This document shows positions 15,720 to 29,130 of a DNA stretch of 64,000 nt, in pieces (the first letter of the stretch is position 1; every line of letters starts with the position of its first letter). Source of the stretch: Eledone cirrhosa (Eukaryota); NCBI GenBank assembly GCA_964016885.1, contig OZ024742.1, forward strand, positions 114,514,001 to 114,578,000, read 5' to 3'. The notes under the pieces were generated by a model, which searched no databases, was not told where the DNA came from, and saw only the letters and a program-made list of their open reading frames with translations. A program made the position numbers and the translations under genes.

Positions 15720-16064
15720 TATATATATAGATATGTATGTGTGTATGTGTGTTTGTGTATGTGGGCGCATGTGTGTGTGTGTTTGTATATATGTTTATAT
15801 ACTGTAACTGTTTAATGTGTATGAAATCATCAGGATTTTACTGATGATTTCATACGCGTGAAATAAATCTAATCCTGTAGTAGTCAATTCTATATATTCT
15901 GAAGGCGCTTATCGGTCACTAATGACCACAGTTTTGTACTTAAAAAGGTTCTCTCCGTGGCACAAGCATTAACAAGTTTTAGCTGTGGAAGACCAGCAGT
16001 CGCCCATGCATACCTAATCCTAACACCATGCCACCAATTTTGTCCAAGGGAATGCCAATAACCG

Positions 16065-16214
16065 ATACAGCTTCACACCAGTGACTGAGTGAACTGGAGT
16101 AACTTGAAATAAATGTCTTGCTCAAGGACCCAATGTATCAATCCGTCCGAACATCGAAAACACAATCTCTCAATTGCAAGCCCAACGCTCAAACAACTAA
16201 GCCGTGAACCTTCA
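16065..16214 (-). mobile_element. tRNA-derived SINE fragment
   Basis: gagtgaactggagtaacttgaaataaatgtcttgctcaaggac...atcgaaaacacaatc...aactaagcc resembles the reverse of a tRNA-headed SINE common in cephalopods (recognised from memory). Confidence 0.65.
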
Positions 16215-16229
16215 TAATTCTCTATCTCT

Positions 16230-17130
<901 letters not shown>

Positions 17131-17226
17131 TATAAATATATATATATATATAGTAATAATAATAAAATTGAAGACTAAAATCCAAAGAGCAGCGATTCTT
17201 TGCTTAAACTTTAATCTGTTATTTTA

Positions 17227-17265
<39 letters not shown>

Positions 17266-17295
17266 ATTTCCAACTCACTCAACAAAGACTAAGAA

Positions 17296-17357
<62 letters not shown>

Positions 17358-17428
17358 ATAATAATAACATTGAAGACTAAAATCCAAAGAGCAACGATTC
17401 TTTGCTTAAACTTTAATCTGTTATGTTA

Positions 17429-17467
<39 letters not shown>

Positions 17468-17626
17468 AATATATATATATATATAGTTATAATTTTGTAT
17501 TGGCTATCGAGTAACGTGAAATCAAGCGAATAGCGATCTCTAGACCTACCACTTCAGAGAAACATTTGTCAGCAATGAGATTAAAAATCTTTTTTGTATA
17601 GCAAACCATGTCAATCTTCTTTCCTG

Positions 17627-17746
<120 letters not shown>

Positions 17747-17788
17747 CTTCAAAATATTAATAAATATAGACATTCATGTGATCAAATA

Positions 17789-17854
17789 TATTTTATTATA
17801 CATATTTCAGAGGCAATGAGCTATTTCATCAGTACGTCCTCATCAGATAAAATA
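17789..17854 (-). ncRNA. Type I hammerhead ribozyme motif
   Basis: tattttat-CTGATGA-ggacgtactgatgaaatagctcattgcctct-GAAA-tatgta-TA-ataaaata. Confidence 0.78.
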
Positions 17855-18932
17855 AATTGATGTCTGACATACCTCAACTGTGCTGATGGTTCAATTCTAG
17901 TCTTGGCACTGATTAGTTATGACAAAACTCAATATGTATATACCATAAGTTGTAACATGACAACTACATATAATTGAGAGGGTACGCAGGAGAATGTGTA
18001 TACAAAATATAAGTATATATGAAGACAAGTAAAAAATATAAACATATAACTACATAACTGTTAACAATTTAAATAATTAAATATTTAAATATCCGTATTA
18101 GAGGAGGAGAAAATAAGAGAGAGAGAGAGAGCTAAATAGAGGAGAGAAGGAAAAAGATAGAGAGATGATACTAAAAACAAAGAAAAGGAGATATGTATTA
18201 ATGTATTGTGACCGTTTTTTTTTTCAAATATTAAGTTAGGTAGAAATAATCAATTAAATATCGTAAATGTTTTAGTCTATAATATTTGAAAGAAATTATA
18301 CTATTATTTTATATCAAAATTAAAACAATATGAAGTGAAAAAGATAATTTAACATAATTTCAAGAGTAATCATGGGTATATTTAAATTAATAAATATACT
18401 CAATAATTTGGGTACAAAAATCAAAATTAAAATATTATTAACTAACAATAGTGCTTATAAATGTAGTAAATATGATATTATTAAACCGAACTTATTTAGA
18501 TATGAGAAATTGTATAGTTCTTTTATAAACTATATGATTTAAATCAATAGTTTTCAAATCTATATAAGATTAATTATTAGTTATAATTACAGTTAAGAGT
18601 ATTAGTATTTTGTCTAAATTGATTAATAATCTGTACTTAACTTGATTTACAGTATTGAATACAGTAAAATTTAGTTAGATCAAAATAATAATACTCTTAA
18701 AAAATAATACTCATATTTAATTATTTAAATTGTTAACAGTTATGTAGATATATGTTTATATATTTTAGTTGTCTTTATATTTTTATACACATTCTCCTAC
18801 GTACCCTCTCAATTGTATGTAGTTTGTCATGTTACAACTTAAGGTATATAAATATTGAGTTTTGTCATAACTAATCACTGCCAAGACTAGAATTGAACCA
18901 TCAGCACAATTGAGGTATGTCAGACATCAATT

Positions 18933-18998
18933 TATTTTATCTGATGAGGACGTACTGATGAAATAACTCAGTACCTCTGAAATATGTCTAATAAAATA
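18933..18998 (+). ncRNA. Type I hammerhead ribozyme motif (inverted-arm copy)
   Basis: tattttat-CTGATGA-ggac-gtactga(tgaaataac)tcagtac-ctct-GAAA-tatgtc-TA-ataaaata. One stem III mismatch. Confidence 0.75.
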
Positions 18999-19144
18999 TA
19001 TTTGATCACATGAATGTATATATTTATTAATATGCTGAAGTAATATTAATAACCCCAGAAAACCTCTTTGTGAGTGCTTCTAATCTATTGTAAAACTTTA
19101 TTCATTGATTATTCAATGGACATTGTTAAACATTTAGTTATATA

Positions 19145-19382
19145 TAGTATAAAGAAAACGAAAAATCAGTGATGCATCAGGACCTAATGTATTGCGTGGT
19201 ACAACGAGTAAGCCATTCTTATCCCACCGAACACATGGCGCGAACTAAGCAGCCGTCACAAGGCTTGTGACGGCTGCTTAGTTTGCGCCATGTGTTCGGT
19301 GGGATAAGAATGGCCTACTCGTTGTACCACGCAATAAATTAGGTCCTGATGCATCACTGATTTTTCGTTTTCTTTATACTAT
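19145..19382. repeat. Near-perfect palindrome, about 118-bp arms, 1-nt spacer
   Basis: Centre gtcacaag-g-cttgtgac at 19263. Only a few mismatches between arms. Confidence 0.95.
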
Positions 19383-19464
19383 CTACACGCTACTCTGCTG
19401 AATATCGAGTGCTAAATTTGGCATACCGCCTATGGAACCACCATAGTTACCATTATACACAACT

Positions 19465-19550
<86 letters not shown>

Positions 19551-20367
19551 ATGTATATAAATATATATACAGAGAGAGAGAGCGAGAGAAAAGAGAGAGA
19601 GAAAGGTGCGTGTGGTGTGTGTGTGTCTATAGTTATTCTGATAACAGTTTATTATATGTTTGTTTAAAAAATATTAAAATATTATATTTATTTATTTCTA
19701 TATCTACATCTCCTGCCTTTCTTCTTTTTACCGTAGTTCATTTAGAATCTCCAGCGGTGTATGACACTTTAAACAAATATTGTGAGGAGGCACAAAAATA
19801 ACCTTCGAAAAACATTGATGACCTCTTCAGCTGTTTGCATGATTACACATGTTTTAAGTGCTGGCCGAGGGATGTTGTCAATGGTTGATGTTATTTTTTC
19901 TCACGTCTTCTTCTCTCTTTTCTATGTGTATTATAAATGAATTAATCAAGTTATCAAACGCCAAGGTGGGAGGAGAGGAGAAAGTTTTCACCAATTAAAT
20001 ATCATTTTGTGTATTAAATCTCAAGTATTCACTAACGTTTAACACAACTGATTTATGAAAATGAAAATGGAGAGAACATCATTAGTTTTATAAACATAAC
20101 AGATGGAGAGAAATCTCCCAGTCCACATTAGTATATTCACTAACCGCAATGAACCCATATGTATAATATTTACTAAAAACATTCACAAACGCTGAAAAAT
20201 CTTCCTTCCTGATTGTTCCTCCCCAACGAAGGTTATTATTCCCATAAAGTAGAAGGCGAATTAGAATATTTGAGATATAAATATTTATATAAATAAAAAA
20301 TAAAAAATAAATATAAGTGTGTGTGTACGTATAAATATATGCACACACACACAACACGCACAGACAC

Positions 20368-20430
<63 letters not shown>

Positions 20431-21910
20431 TAATGTATTTATTTATATTCCCCAGTCCACTGTTTATATGTGATTAGTAAAACTTCATTTAAGTGTATTT
20501 GAGGATTTGTGCGTATGATTTGCCACTATTAACTATGTATACAGAGACTAATTTCTTACAGTCACAAGTTGATATCTCGTGTTAATCGTGTTTGTTGAAA
20601 CGCCAGCTGTGTTTAAATAAAATATTAGAGGAAATAGCGTAATTAAAAACAGTAAGAATTGCTTAAACAAAATATTCTATTTTGTCTAATATGTCAAGTT
20701 AAAAGATAACATATAAAATATAAATTCCAACGATGATAAATGATTGAAAACACCAAAATATTCTGAACAAAAAAAAAACAAAATATAAAATGTTCAGCAT
20801 GATAAATTTATCAAGAAATATATGAGGTCATTTAAGGAAAGTTTGTTTTACATAAGTGAAATAATTAGCAATGTAAATGGTTCATATATATTTATTTTAG
20901 AGAAAGCTGACATTTCTGATTCCCGCCTAATCGTTGAAGTCATATATAATTGACTACTAATGCATTCGAAGAGACATGCACATATAAACACACACATACT
21001 TAGAAGAACCAAATCCATATATTCATTTCCATATCAATCCATGTATTCGTAAAATTACACAGGCAAACATTAATAGTATATGTAAACAGAGTTACAGACA
21101 CACATCCCTATATTCACATAGCTATATTACAGACATATATATACACACATTCAACGAATAAAACATTCACGTAGATCAACAAATACTACTTTCAATTCAC
21201 ATACACGAACATACGCACTTGGAAATTTGTCTTCTTGCAGGTTTATGGTAAAGTTTTATGGTAATCAAATGTAATTATGTTGTCGTTAGCGAACAATGTT
21301 TAACGAACTGTGGTCTCTGCATGCCAACAGAATGGCAAGGTAACAGACATTATAGTAACTTATATTTGCAATTTCAATACTCGATATGCTGACCAATTTA
21401 CAGGTGTAGTTAGAATAAAATCTAAAACAATAAACAAACGATTTTAGAACTTCTAGAATATGTTGCATAATACTTAACCTTAGCACAAAATGTGTAAGCT
21501 CTGAAATGGGAATGTCTGAAAGGCGAGCTATATAGCCGCCTAAACAGAGAAACTATGCGTTTTTAGTAACATCAGGAAAATGTTACTGTTCGCATTTTCA
21601 AATGTGGTCGCCTTCTGCTGTTTAGATATTGTTGGCTTGGTGTTGAATTCCTCGCTCGGGCACATGTTAATGTTGGTCTACATTTCTGAAGTGGGAGCCA
21701 TGGTCGTCATAAAACATAACTAAAATATTTAACTCCCGGTTTATCTACGATATATTTGAAGGATTCACACTGATAAAAATATTTGTAATAAATATATGTA
21801 GTTGTTTTCGTATTTCTCAAGAAATACGGTATGTTTATAAATAAACATTTAGATAGCCATAGCTATGAAAAAAACACTGGCAGCTAACGCCACCCAGTGG
21901 TAAGAGGGAC

Positions 21911-21956
21911 AATCGTCGATGCATTTCGAACTCAACTGGTCCGCATCAGGACAATC
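21911..21956 (-). ncRNA. Type I hammerhead-like motif with A9C core variant
   Basis: gattgtc-CTGATGC-ggac(cagttga)gttc-GAAA-tgca-TC-gacgatt. 7-bp stem I (with G-U), 4-bp stem II, palindromic aTGCAt stem III. Confidence 0.75.
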
Positions 21957-22135
21957 CACGCCTCTCCTGCAACTGCTGGACTTTGAAAACAGGCTAAAAA
22001 ATATAGTTTTTTCGACTGTGTAAATGAGATGAATCATCTCACTTGCATATGCAGCTGTATCAGTTGGCTCAACTTATAATAGAATGCGAAATTCAAATAC
22101 ATACCTGTATACAGCTATGTTCGAAGCTAAATTCC

Positions 22136-22258
<123 letters not shown>

Positions 22259-22609
22259 GTAATTAGGAACATTCCAAAGCGCGGTAGAACAAGTTGTGAG
22301 GAAAGTTATCAACATACGTTAAGGTGACTCGACAGGCTGGTAGGGATTATGTGGTGGAAACACGAACAAACGAGGAGTGTAATCAAAAAAGAGAAATAGG
22401 ACGAAGGTAAACAGTTACAAAAGGATTGAATCCACGTATTAACAATTGTTTCATCAGAATTTCAGTACATTATTGCTACACTATGTCATAATAGCCAATC
22501 AAGAAAGATACTGTGACATCCGAATTTTCAAAATACAAAGTTGAAATGACCTTAGGAAATGAAATAAGGGGTAGTAGTGTAAGATAGAGGAACAGAGAGA
22601 GAGAGGGGG

Positions 22610-22674
<65 letters not shown>

Positions 22675-22949
22675 GACGGAGGTAGGGAGAGAAAGAGAAA
22701 GAGATAGGGTGGTGTGAGAGGATTTGTATAGAATATAGTTAAGTTACAAGAAGGGAGGGGAAGGAGGATCGTGTGCTAAAAGTTGTGATGAGTAGAGGGA
22801 GACATAAGGAAGATAGAATTTTAAGTGGCAGTTGGTAGTGGACAGGCAAAAGTTTTACCAGAGAATAGATGAAGGAAGAATTATAAAATTTCATATATAG
22901 TCTATTTTTAGGAGTGTAGAATTGTTATTTAGTGTAGAAAAGTAGTGTT

Positions 22950-23400
22950 AAGATTTAGTTGAAGGTTTGAAGTGTGATAATTTCGCTTTCAGTTTATGCT
23001 GTCAAAAGATTGACCTTTCAATTTTGTTGTTGAGTAGTTGGTGGCCTGATCTTAGGATATGGAAGAGCTCATTATTACACAACGGGCGCGTTTTCATCCC
23101 ACTCCGGTATGGAGGACCATGTGAGAGTTTGGTCCATTTAAGGGTGTATTGTCGGTTACTCGCTTTTAAGTGCCAAATTTTGTCGGCGAGGGTCGTTACG
23201 TAACGGTGTTGGGGGTGTTTTATTGCGTAACGATGCGTGTACCAACGAGTTTTGAAGGTGTTTGCAGTGCTGCCTATGTAGTGCCAGGTTTGGTTGCCCG
23301 ACTCAACCGAGCACCTGTACACTAGGTTTGAATGCAAACATTCGTTATTCAATGGACAAGTCTCTGGAAGGTGGCAATTACAATTTCTGTTATGGGCAGT
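22950..23400 (-). pseudogene. PLE GIY-YIG endonuclease with CNC-x5-CPL Zn-linker
   Basis: Alternate frame reads NRNCNCHLPETCPLNNECLHSNLVYRC..WHYIGSTANTFKTRWYTHR..TTLADKIWHLK..LLNNKIE. Premature stop at 23002, where the inverted copy has C(QH). Confidence 0.88.
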
Positions 23401-25211
23401 GGTGGAGTTATAGGTGGGCTGGGATGTGTGTGTGAGTGTGTTTTGTGCATACTGTTTGTTAGTGGGTGGTTGTGTATTAGGTGTATTATTGTGTTGAGTG
23501 ATTGGGGTGTTGTTGTTACGGAGTTTTTGGCGTTGAGCATCTTAATGTGTGCGTCTAGGTTTGGTGCAGTGGAATAAGATAGTCTAATTATTTTGGTATT
23601 GCGTATACTACTATATTTCTGTGAATTTGGAAAGTGTTTTCTTATAATTTTGTAGAATGTGGAAGGTAAGTTAGAGCGAATAGAAGAGTTAAAAATAGGA
23701 TTATACCAAATGTAAGATCTACTCCGTGTTCTGTTTTGCTTTGATGTTGCTGTTGTATTTGTGGTGTGGTTAGTATTAGGGGGTCTAGGTGCGTGTGTGC
23801 GGGTGTCTGTGGGGCGTTTGGCGTGTCTATGGTTATGTGTTTTATTGTTGTGTCGGTCTATGTATTCTAGTTTGTCGGTGTGGCCAGCCCGTTCTAATGC
23901 AGTGTTGTAATATTCAGCGTGTTGATCAAGTATTTGTTGTTTAGATGAGAGGCGGGATATTCTAAGTGATATACTATGTGGCACGGACCTTATAATAGAT
24001 ATTGGGTGGTTAGAGCTAGTGTGGATGTAAATGAGGTTCTCATTGTTTTTGTGAAAGGGTGTGATAATTTGGGCGTTGAGGTTGAAGGTGGCATCTAGGA
24101 AGTTAATTACTTTGGTACTATATTCGTAGGTCATTTTAAGGCCAAGGCTATCTAGGGTTCTTCTAATGCTCTTACGGGTTCGCTCTATGTTGTGTTTATT
24201 CATGTTTTTAACTAATAGGAGAGCGTCATCTCTATATATTCCGCCTTGAAGGTAACTAAATTTATTAAGTAAGGTGTGGGCTATGTATATACCAACAATA
24301 TCCGTAACTTGTGCTGAGTCATTAGCACCCATAGTTATGTCAATGTTACCTATTCTATCCTTACGTACCCAAAAGTTATTTTCAAATTTAATTATCGTAT
24401 TTCTAGCTGCTAGGATAATGTTTATTTCGTCGTCGGTTAAGTGAGAGTTGGCTTTCGCAAATGCTAGTGCCTTGTTTAGAGAATCGGGTGATATGGAGGA
24501 GTAATAGTCGTTAATGTCGAATTGTATAAAGTTAGAGGTATTTTTGTTGTCTATACTATTAAACCATTTAATTGTGTCGCTAGTATTGTCCCAAAGTTTA
24601 ATAACTAGTTTATTCCTTAATTGTTTTATTATTCTATTTAAAATATGCTTGCTAATTTTACCTATGTCTGAGTTATAAGGGCATATTAATCTAATTGTGG
24701 GTTTATCTAGGAAATCTAATTTGTGGCCCTTAAGATTAAAGGTGGGAGTGCAAGTTGTTATGGGGTCAGTTCTATCTTCAAGTTCTAGACTTTTGACGAT
24801 ATGGTGTGCTTGTTTGTTGATGTTAAGTAGTGCTTGGTTATTGGTTTTCTTATATTTTTTATGTAATTCCTTCCGTATAAGGTCGTGGTAGGTATTAATG
24901 TCCATTGTGTACACGTTAGATGTTTTATCCGCTTTGACAATAATCCCGTTAGTAGTGCGCAGCTTGTTAAGAAAGGTATCCATGTCTTTATGAAGCTTAT
25001 TGGTTTTGAAATTCTTATATTTAGTATTCATGACCATCTTAAGTAAGTCCTGTTCAAAGGCGTCCAGTAGAGGGTTAGTGGGTGGGTTTTTACAGGAATT
25101 GAACCCATATGTATTATTTCCAGTGTTAGCGGTATAATCATTACGTCCTTTGTCGAAATGGAATGTTTTCCATCTGACGCGGCGTATTAAATCGTTGGTG
25201 CGCTGGATCAT
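23349..25211 (-). CDS. PLE reverse transcriptase (620 aa open; frameshifted from endonuclease)
   Basis: Motifs FIQFDINDYYSSI (A), ITMGANDSAQVTDIVG (B), IYRDDAL (C), INFLDATF (E), YIHTSSNHP (thumb), IWYNP..KHFP..IRLSYS. In frame upstream: ISLPKRKDLTL-stop. Confidence 0.92.
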   Translation of the reverse strand: MIQRTNDLIRRVRWKTFHFDKGRNDYTANTGNNTYGFNSCKNPPTNPLLDAFEQDLLKMVMNTKYKNFKTNKLHKDMDTFLNKLRTTNGIIVKADKTSNVYTMDINTYHDLIRKELHKKYKKTNNQALLNINKQAHHIVKSLELEDRTDPITTCTPTFNLKGHKLDFLDKPTIRLICPYNSDIGKISKHILNRIIKQLRNKLVIKLWDNTSDTIKWFNSIDNKNTSNFIQFDINDYYSSISPDSLNKALAFAKANSHLTDDEINIILAARNTIIKFENNFWVRKDRIGNIDITMGANDSAQVTDIVGIYIAHTLLNKFSYLQGGIYRDDALLLVKNMNKHNIERTRKSIRRTLDSLGLKMTYEYSTKVINFLDATFNLNAQIITPFHKNNENLIYIHTSSNHPISIIRSVPHSISLRISRLSSKQQILDQHAEYYNTALERAGHTDKLEYIDRHNNKTHNHRHAKRPTDTRTHAPRPPNTNHTTNTTATSKQNRTRSRSYIWYNPIFNSSIRSNLPSTFYKIIRKHFPNSQKYSSIRNTKIIRLSYSTAPNLDAHIKMLNAKNSVTTTPQSLNTIIHLIHNHPLTNSMHKTHSHTHPSPPITPPLPITEIVIATFQRLVH

Positions 25212-25248
25212 TCAAAGAGTTAAATCCTTCCTTTTGGGTAAAGATATA

Positions 25249-25614
25249 TGCTCGGTTGAGTCGGACAACCAAACCTGGCACTACATAGGCAGCACTGCAA
25301 ACACCTTCAAAACTCGTTGGTACACGCACCGTTACGCAATAAAGCACCCCCAACACCGTTACGTAACGACCCTCGCCGACAAAATTTGGCACTTGAAAGC
25401 GAGTAACCGACAATACACACTTAAATGGTCCAAACTCTCACATGGTCCTCTATACCGGAGTGGGATGAAAACGCGCCCGTTGTCTAATAATGAGCTCTTC
25501 CATATCCCAAGCTCAGGCCACCAACTACTCAACAACAAAATTGAAAGGTCAATCTTTTGCCAGCATAAACTGAAAGCGAAATTCTCACACTTCAAACTTT
25601 CAACTAAATCTTAA
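25249..25614 (+). pseudogene. Inverted duplicate of GIY-YIG C-terminal part
   Basis: CSVESDNQTWHYIGSTANTFKTRWYTH...IFCQHKLKAKFSHFK in ORF 25150..25614. Reverse complement of the left arm. Confidence 0.88.
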
Positions 25615-25888
25615 CACTACTTTTCTACCCTAAATAACAATTCTACACTCCTAAAAATAGACTATATATGAAATTTAATAATTCTTCCTTCATCTATTCT
25701 CTGGTAAAACTTTTGCCTGTCCACTACCAACTGCCACTTAAAATTCTATCTTCCTTATGTCTCCCTCTACTCATCACAACTTTTACCACACAATCCTCCC
25801 CCCCCCCCCCTTCTTGTAACTTAACTATATTCTATACAAATCCTCTCACACCACCCTATCTATTTCTCTTTCTCTCCCTACCTCCGTC

Positions 25889-25949
<61 letters not shown>

Positions 25950-26190
25950 GCCCCTCTCTCTCTCTGTTCCTCTATCTTACACTACTACCCCTTATTTCAT
26001 TTCCTTAGGTAATTTCAACTTTGTATTTTGAAAATTCGGATGTCACAGTATCTTTCTTGATTGCCTATTATGACATAGTGTAGCAATAATGGACTGAAAT
26101 TCTGATGAAACAATTGTTAATACGTGGATTAAATCCTTTTGTAACTGTTTACCTTCGTCCTATTTCTCTTTTGTGTATGTATATATATAA

Positions 26191-26300
<110 letters not shown>

Positions 26301-26314
26301 GGAATTTAGCTTCG

Positions 26315-26362
<48 letters not shown>

Positions 26363-27699
26363 TATATGAGTGTATGTGTGTGTATATGTATGTGCGTCTA
26401 TGTATATATATATATGTGTGTGTGCCCGCTTTGCGTTATTTTCTACGCCTTTGGATACAGCCATACAACAGCGAACAATAAAGGATACGCTTTTACGTTT
26501 GGCAGAACCAATCGTGGTCAGCGACGTGACACAATGCCATTATACAAAAAATATAAAACTTATACAACATTGAACATCTCTGTATATATGAAACACACGT
26601 CCAAAATGTGCAATTCCAATCCAGAAACGTTCATTTAATTTTCATTATATACTTTTTTTTTAAACTTTACAAAATACACCGAATATAATAGTTCAGGTCG
26701 TGGCCTGGCTCATATAGAAATGATATCGATGAATTTTGCTCATTGATTGAATTACGTTTTATTGATTTCGCTTCAAAACAATGCGATGAGATGTTCATAA
26801 CAATGTCTTTAGAACAAACTCATGAACAATCACCGATTATCAGGGTATTATCCTGAACACACCGAGTTACCAAGGATATTGAAAGACTTGAAAAAAGAAA
26901 TTGATAATAATTAACGTTTATTCGTGCGTATTCAACTAACCTCACCTCCATCAAGTTCGCTGTCGACTTATTTTCCAATAAATGAATAAGGGAGGAAGTT
27001 GGGGGAGAATGTACTGCTCTTTCTAGCACACAGATACATTTTGTTCGTCCGCCCCGCTATGTATATAGAGTGAAAAATTATTTCAGCACTCACTCACTTC
27101 ATCTCTTTATTTCTCTAATCAATTAAAACAATGAATGTATTTATCTCTATCTGTGTGTTGTGTGAGTGCGTATGCACCTCTCAGCCTTTCAAGTTTATGG
27201 AAAAGCACATGGTGCGAATCACGAACTTTTGTTTTTCTTTTAGTTTTTACAACTAATATATCCTCCAATATTCTCACCATTACCATTTTTCCGAAAACGG
27301 AATGAGATTTATTCGGGAGGGACCTATAACATATGTGTGCAACAATGTTTCCGATGATGCCATGTTTGCACTAAAAAAGGGAAGTATGTCCGACCAGATA
27401 TCCAGCGTCCAATGCGGCCTATTTATCAGACATTTGAAAGAGGTGCGAGATGACCCCTTCACGACAGTGTTTCACGCCTCGGCGATTTCTTTTCTGTGAA
27501 TATATATTTTTTAAAGGATTTTTTAGTTAGTTTTCGGCCGATCTGACATCCGACTTACTCGACAACCTGAAACTGAGGCAAAGTCTTTAAGGGACCCTCG
27601 GACGTACAGATAAGAACCTCTCAGATGAAGGATGATTTCATCCTACATTGAAATCTACTTTTGTGGAAAGCGTCGTAACCTTAATTAATTAAGTGTCCT

Positions 27700-28176
27700 C
27701 AATTTCAAATACCATCATTTCTATTAGTAGTGGTTGTGTAAAAGAGCAATCCTTGCCACCAAAGAGACCACAATGCCTCAATACTCTTGAACCATCGGGT
27801 ATGCTGCTACAAACCTTTGAATTGAAGAAAGGCACAGTTATCATGCGTCTCAGAAAAGTGGAGTAGCCATGATTGTGCAATGGGTCGCGTATGGTTGTGA
27901 TTGAACTACAACGTCACATTATCGAAGCCAAAATCTTCATTTCTTTTATATAGAACACCGCTAATACAAACAGATTACACATTTAATTTCAAACGATTTC
28001 AATTCTCAGTGAGAGACAATTATGCATTGACCCAAGGTCAAACTCTCCAGGTGTTCGTCTCTAGAACAGGTCTGTTTATCACATGGCCAATTATATTTTG
28101 GTTGTTCCGGAGAGGGAAACACTTCATATATGCTCCAAAGAAAACAATTAAAAATATTGTCTATACCTAAGTTCTG
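27700..28176 (+). pseudogene. Helitron Pif1-family helicase C-terminal relic
   Basis: PQCLNTLEPSGM..FELKKGTVIMRLRK..LCNGSRMVV..HIIEAKI; RTPLIQTDYTFNFKRFQFSVR..YALT-QGQTL; CLSHGQLYFGCS; KNIVY. With stops and frameshifts. Confidence 0.88.
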
Positions 28177-28447
28177 AAAATGGATTAAAACTTTCATACA
28201 GTATATTTTTCTATTAATCTCTACATTCCTTCCTATTTTAGATATTCTAAATAAGTTTTTTTCAAATTATGTTGTGCGGTATTTAAATTAAGTTTAGCAT
28301 ATTCAAGGAAAATGACAATTAAGTTTAGCATATTCAAGGAATGACAATTAAAATACGTGTATTATATAGATACATGTGAGTTTGCATGAGTGTATATTAA
28401 TAATTACATGCATAGCATTTTGCTTATATTTATGCATATCTATATAT

Positions 28448-29130
28448 CTAGGGTGGTTAAATTCCCAAGATCGATGGACGGGTTGTCTCCAGTGGTCTCT
28501 GTCCATCATCATCGTCGTCATGTCCTGCGTCTTCAAGAGAACTGTGTCTGTCCTTAGGGCACCAACATATGTCAACCTCAGTCTCCCTCTTATAGTGTGT
28601 CGGTTCAGGGGTTCCCACAGGAGCACTGAGTGCAGTGTCAACTCTGAATGTCGGTGAGCATGTCCAGCTAACGTCAGACTTCTCTGTGATACATTCGAAC
28701 TGACTGGGAGGCTCCCGTGCAGCTCTGAGTTCTTCATCATCAGTGTATAGTGATTAATGTTCAGAGCCATCCTCAGCATTCTTGTGTAGTACCCATTTAC
28801 CACCTGAGTGAGTTTGTTGGTCAGTGTCCAAGTGTCAGAGATCGATGGACGGGTAGTCTCCAGTGGTCTCTGTCCATCATCATCGTCGTCATGTCCTGCG
28901 TCGTACTGTAGAGTCGTACTGTACACAGACTCCACTGCAACAAAGAGACGAATCTTCAGGTTTTTTACGAATGTCCGACTTCCACACCGATCTCAAACTG
29001 TGGAACGCCGCCCAGGCTTTGCTTTTCTTCTCAACCACATCATACTCTGTGTTCCCAAACTGTTCCCCTAGATACAGGAAGTCCTGAACCAATTCTAGCG
29101 ACTTCCCACCTACATTCATAGTCTCTGGCT
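28448..29130 (-). mobile_element. 5'-truncated RTE-superfamily LINE 3' end (same family as 34955-36000)
   Basis: VQDFLYLG..KSKAWAAFHSLRSVWKSD, TWTLT..YTRMLRMALNIN, LAGHAHRHSELTLHSVLLWEP..RGR. Terminus gggaatttaaccaccctag-atat matches the other copy. Confidence 0.9.

Noticed and set aside
21849-22037. Cys-rich ORF with hydrophobic tail and upstream ttttttag, resembling a host last exon
   Set aside because: The same bases fold as a hammerhead motif, and no partner exons were seen. A pLTR origin is more economical, though RNA-seq would be needed to exclude an exon.
26055-26125. Possible HHR in the large PLE 3' UTR (gaaa-caattg-tt-aata)
   Set aside because: The only ctgatga overlaps the GAAA, and no properly placed core box was found. 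At best a decayed motif.
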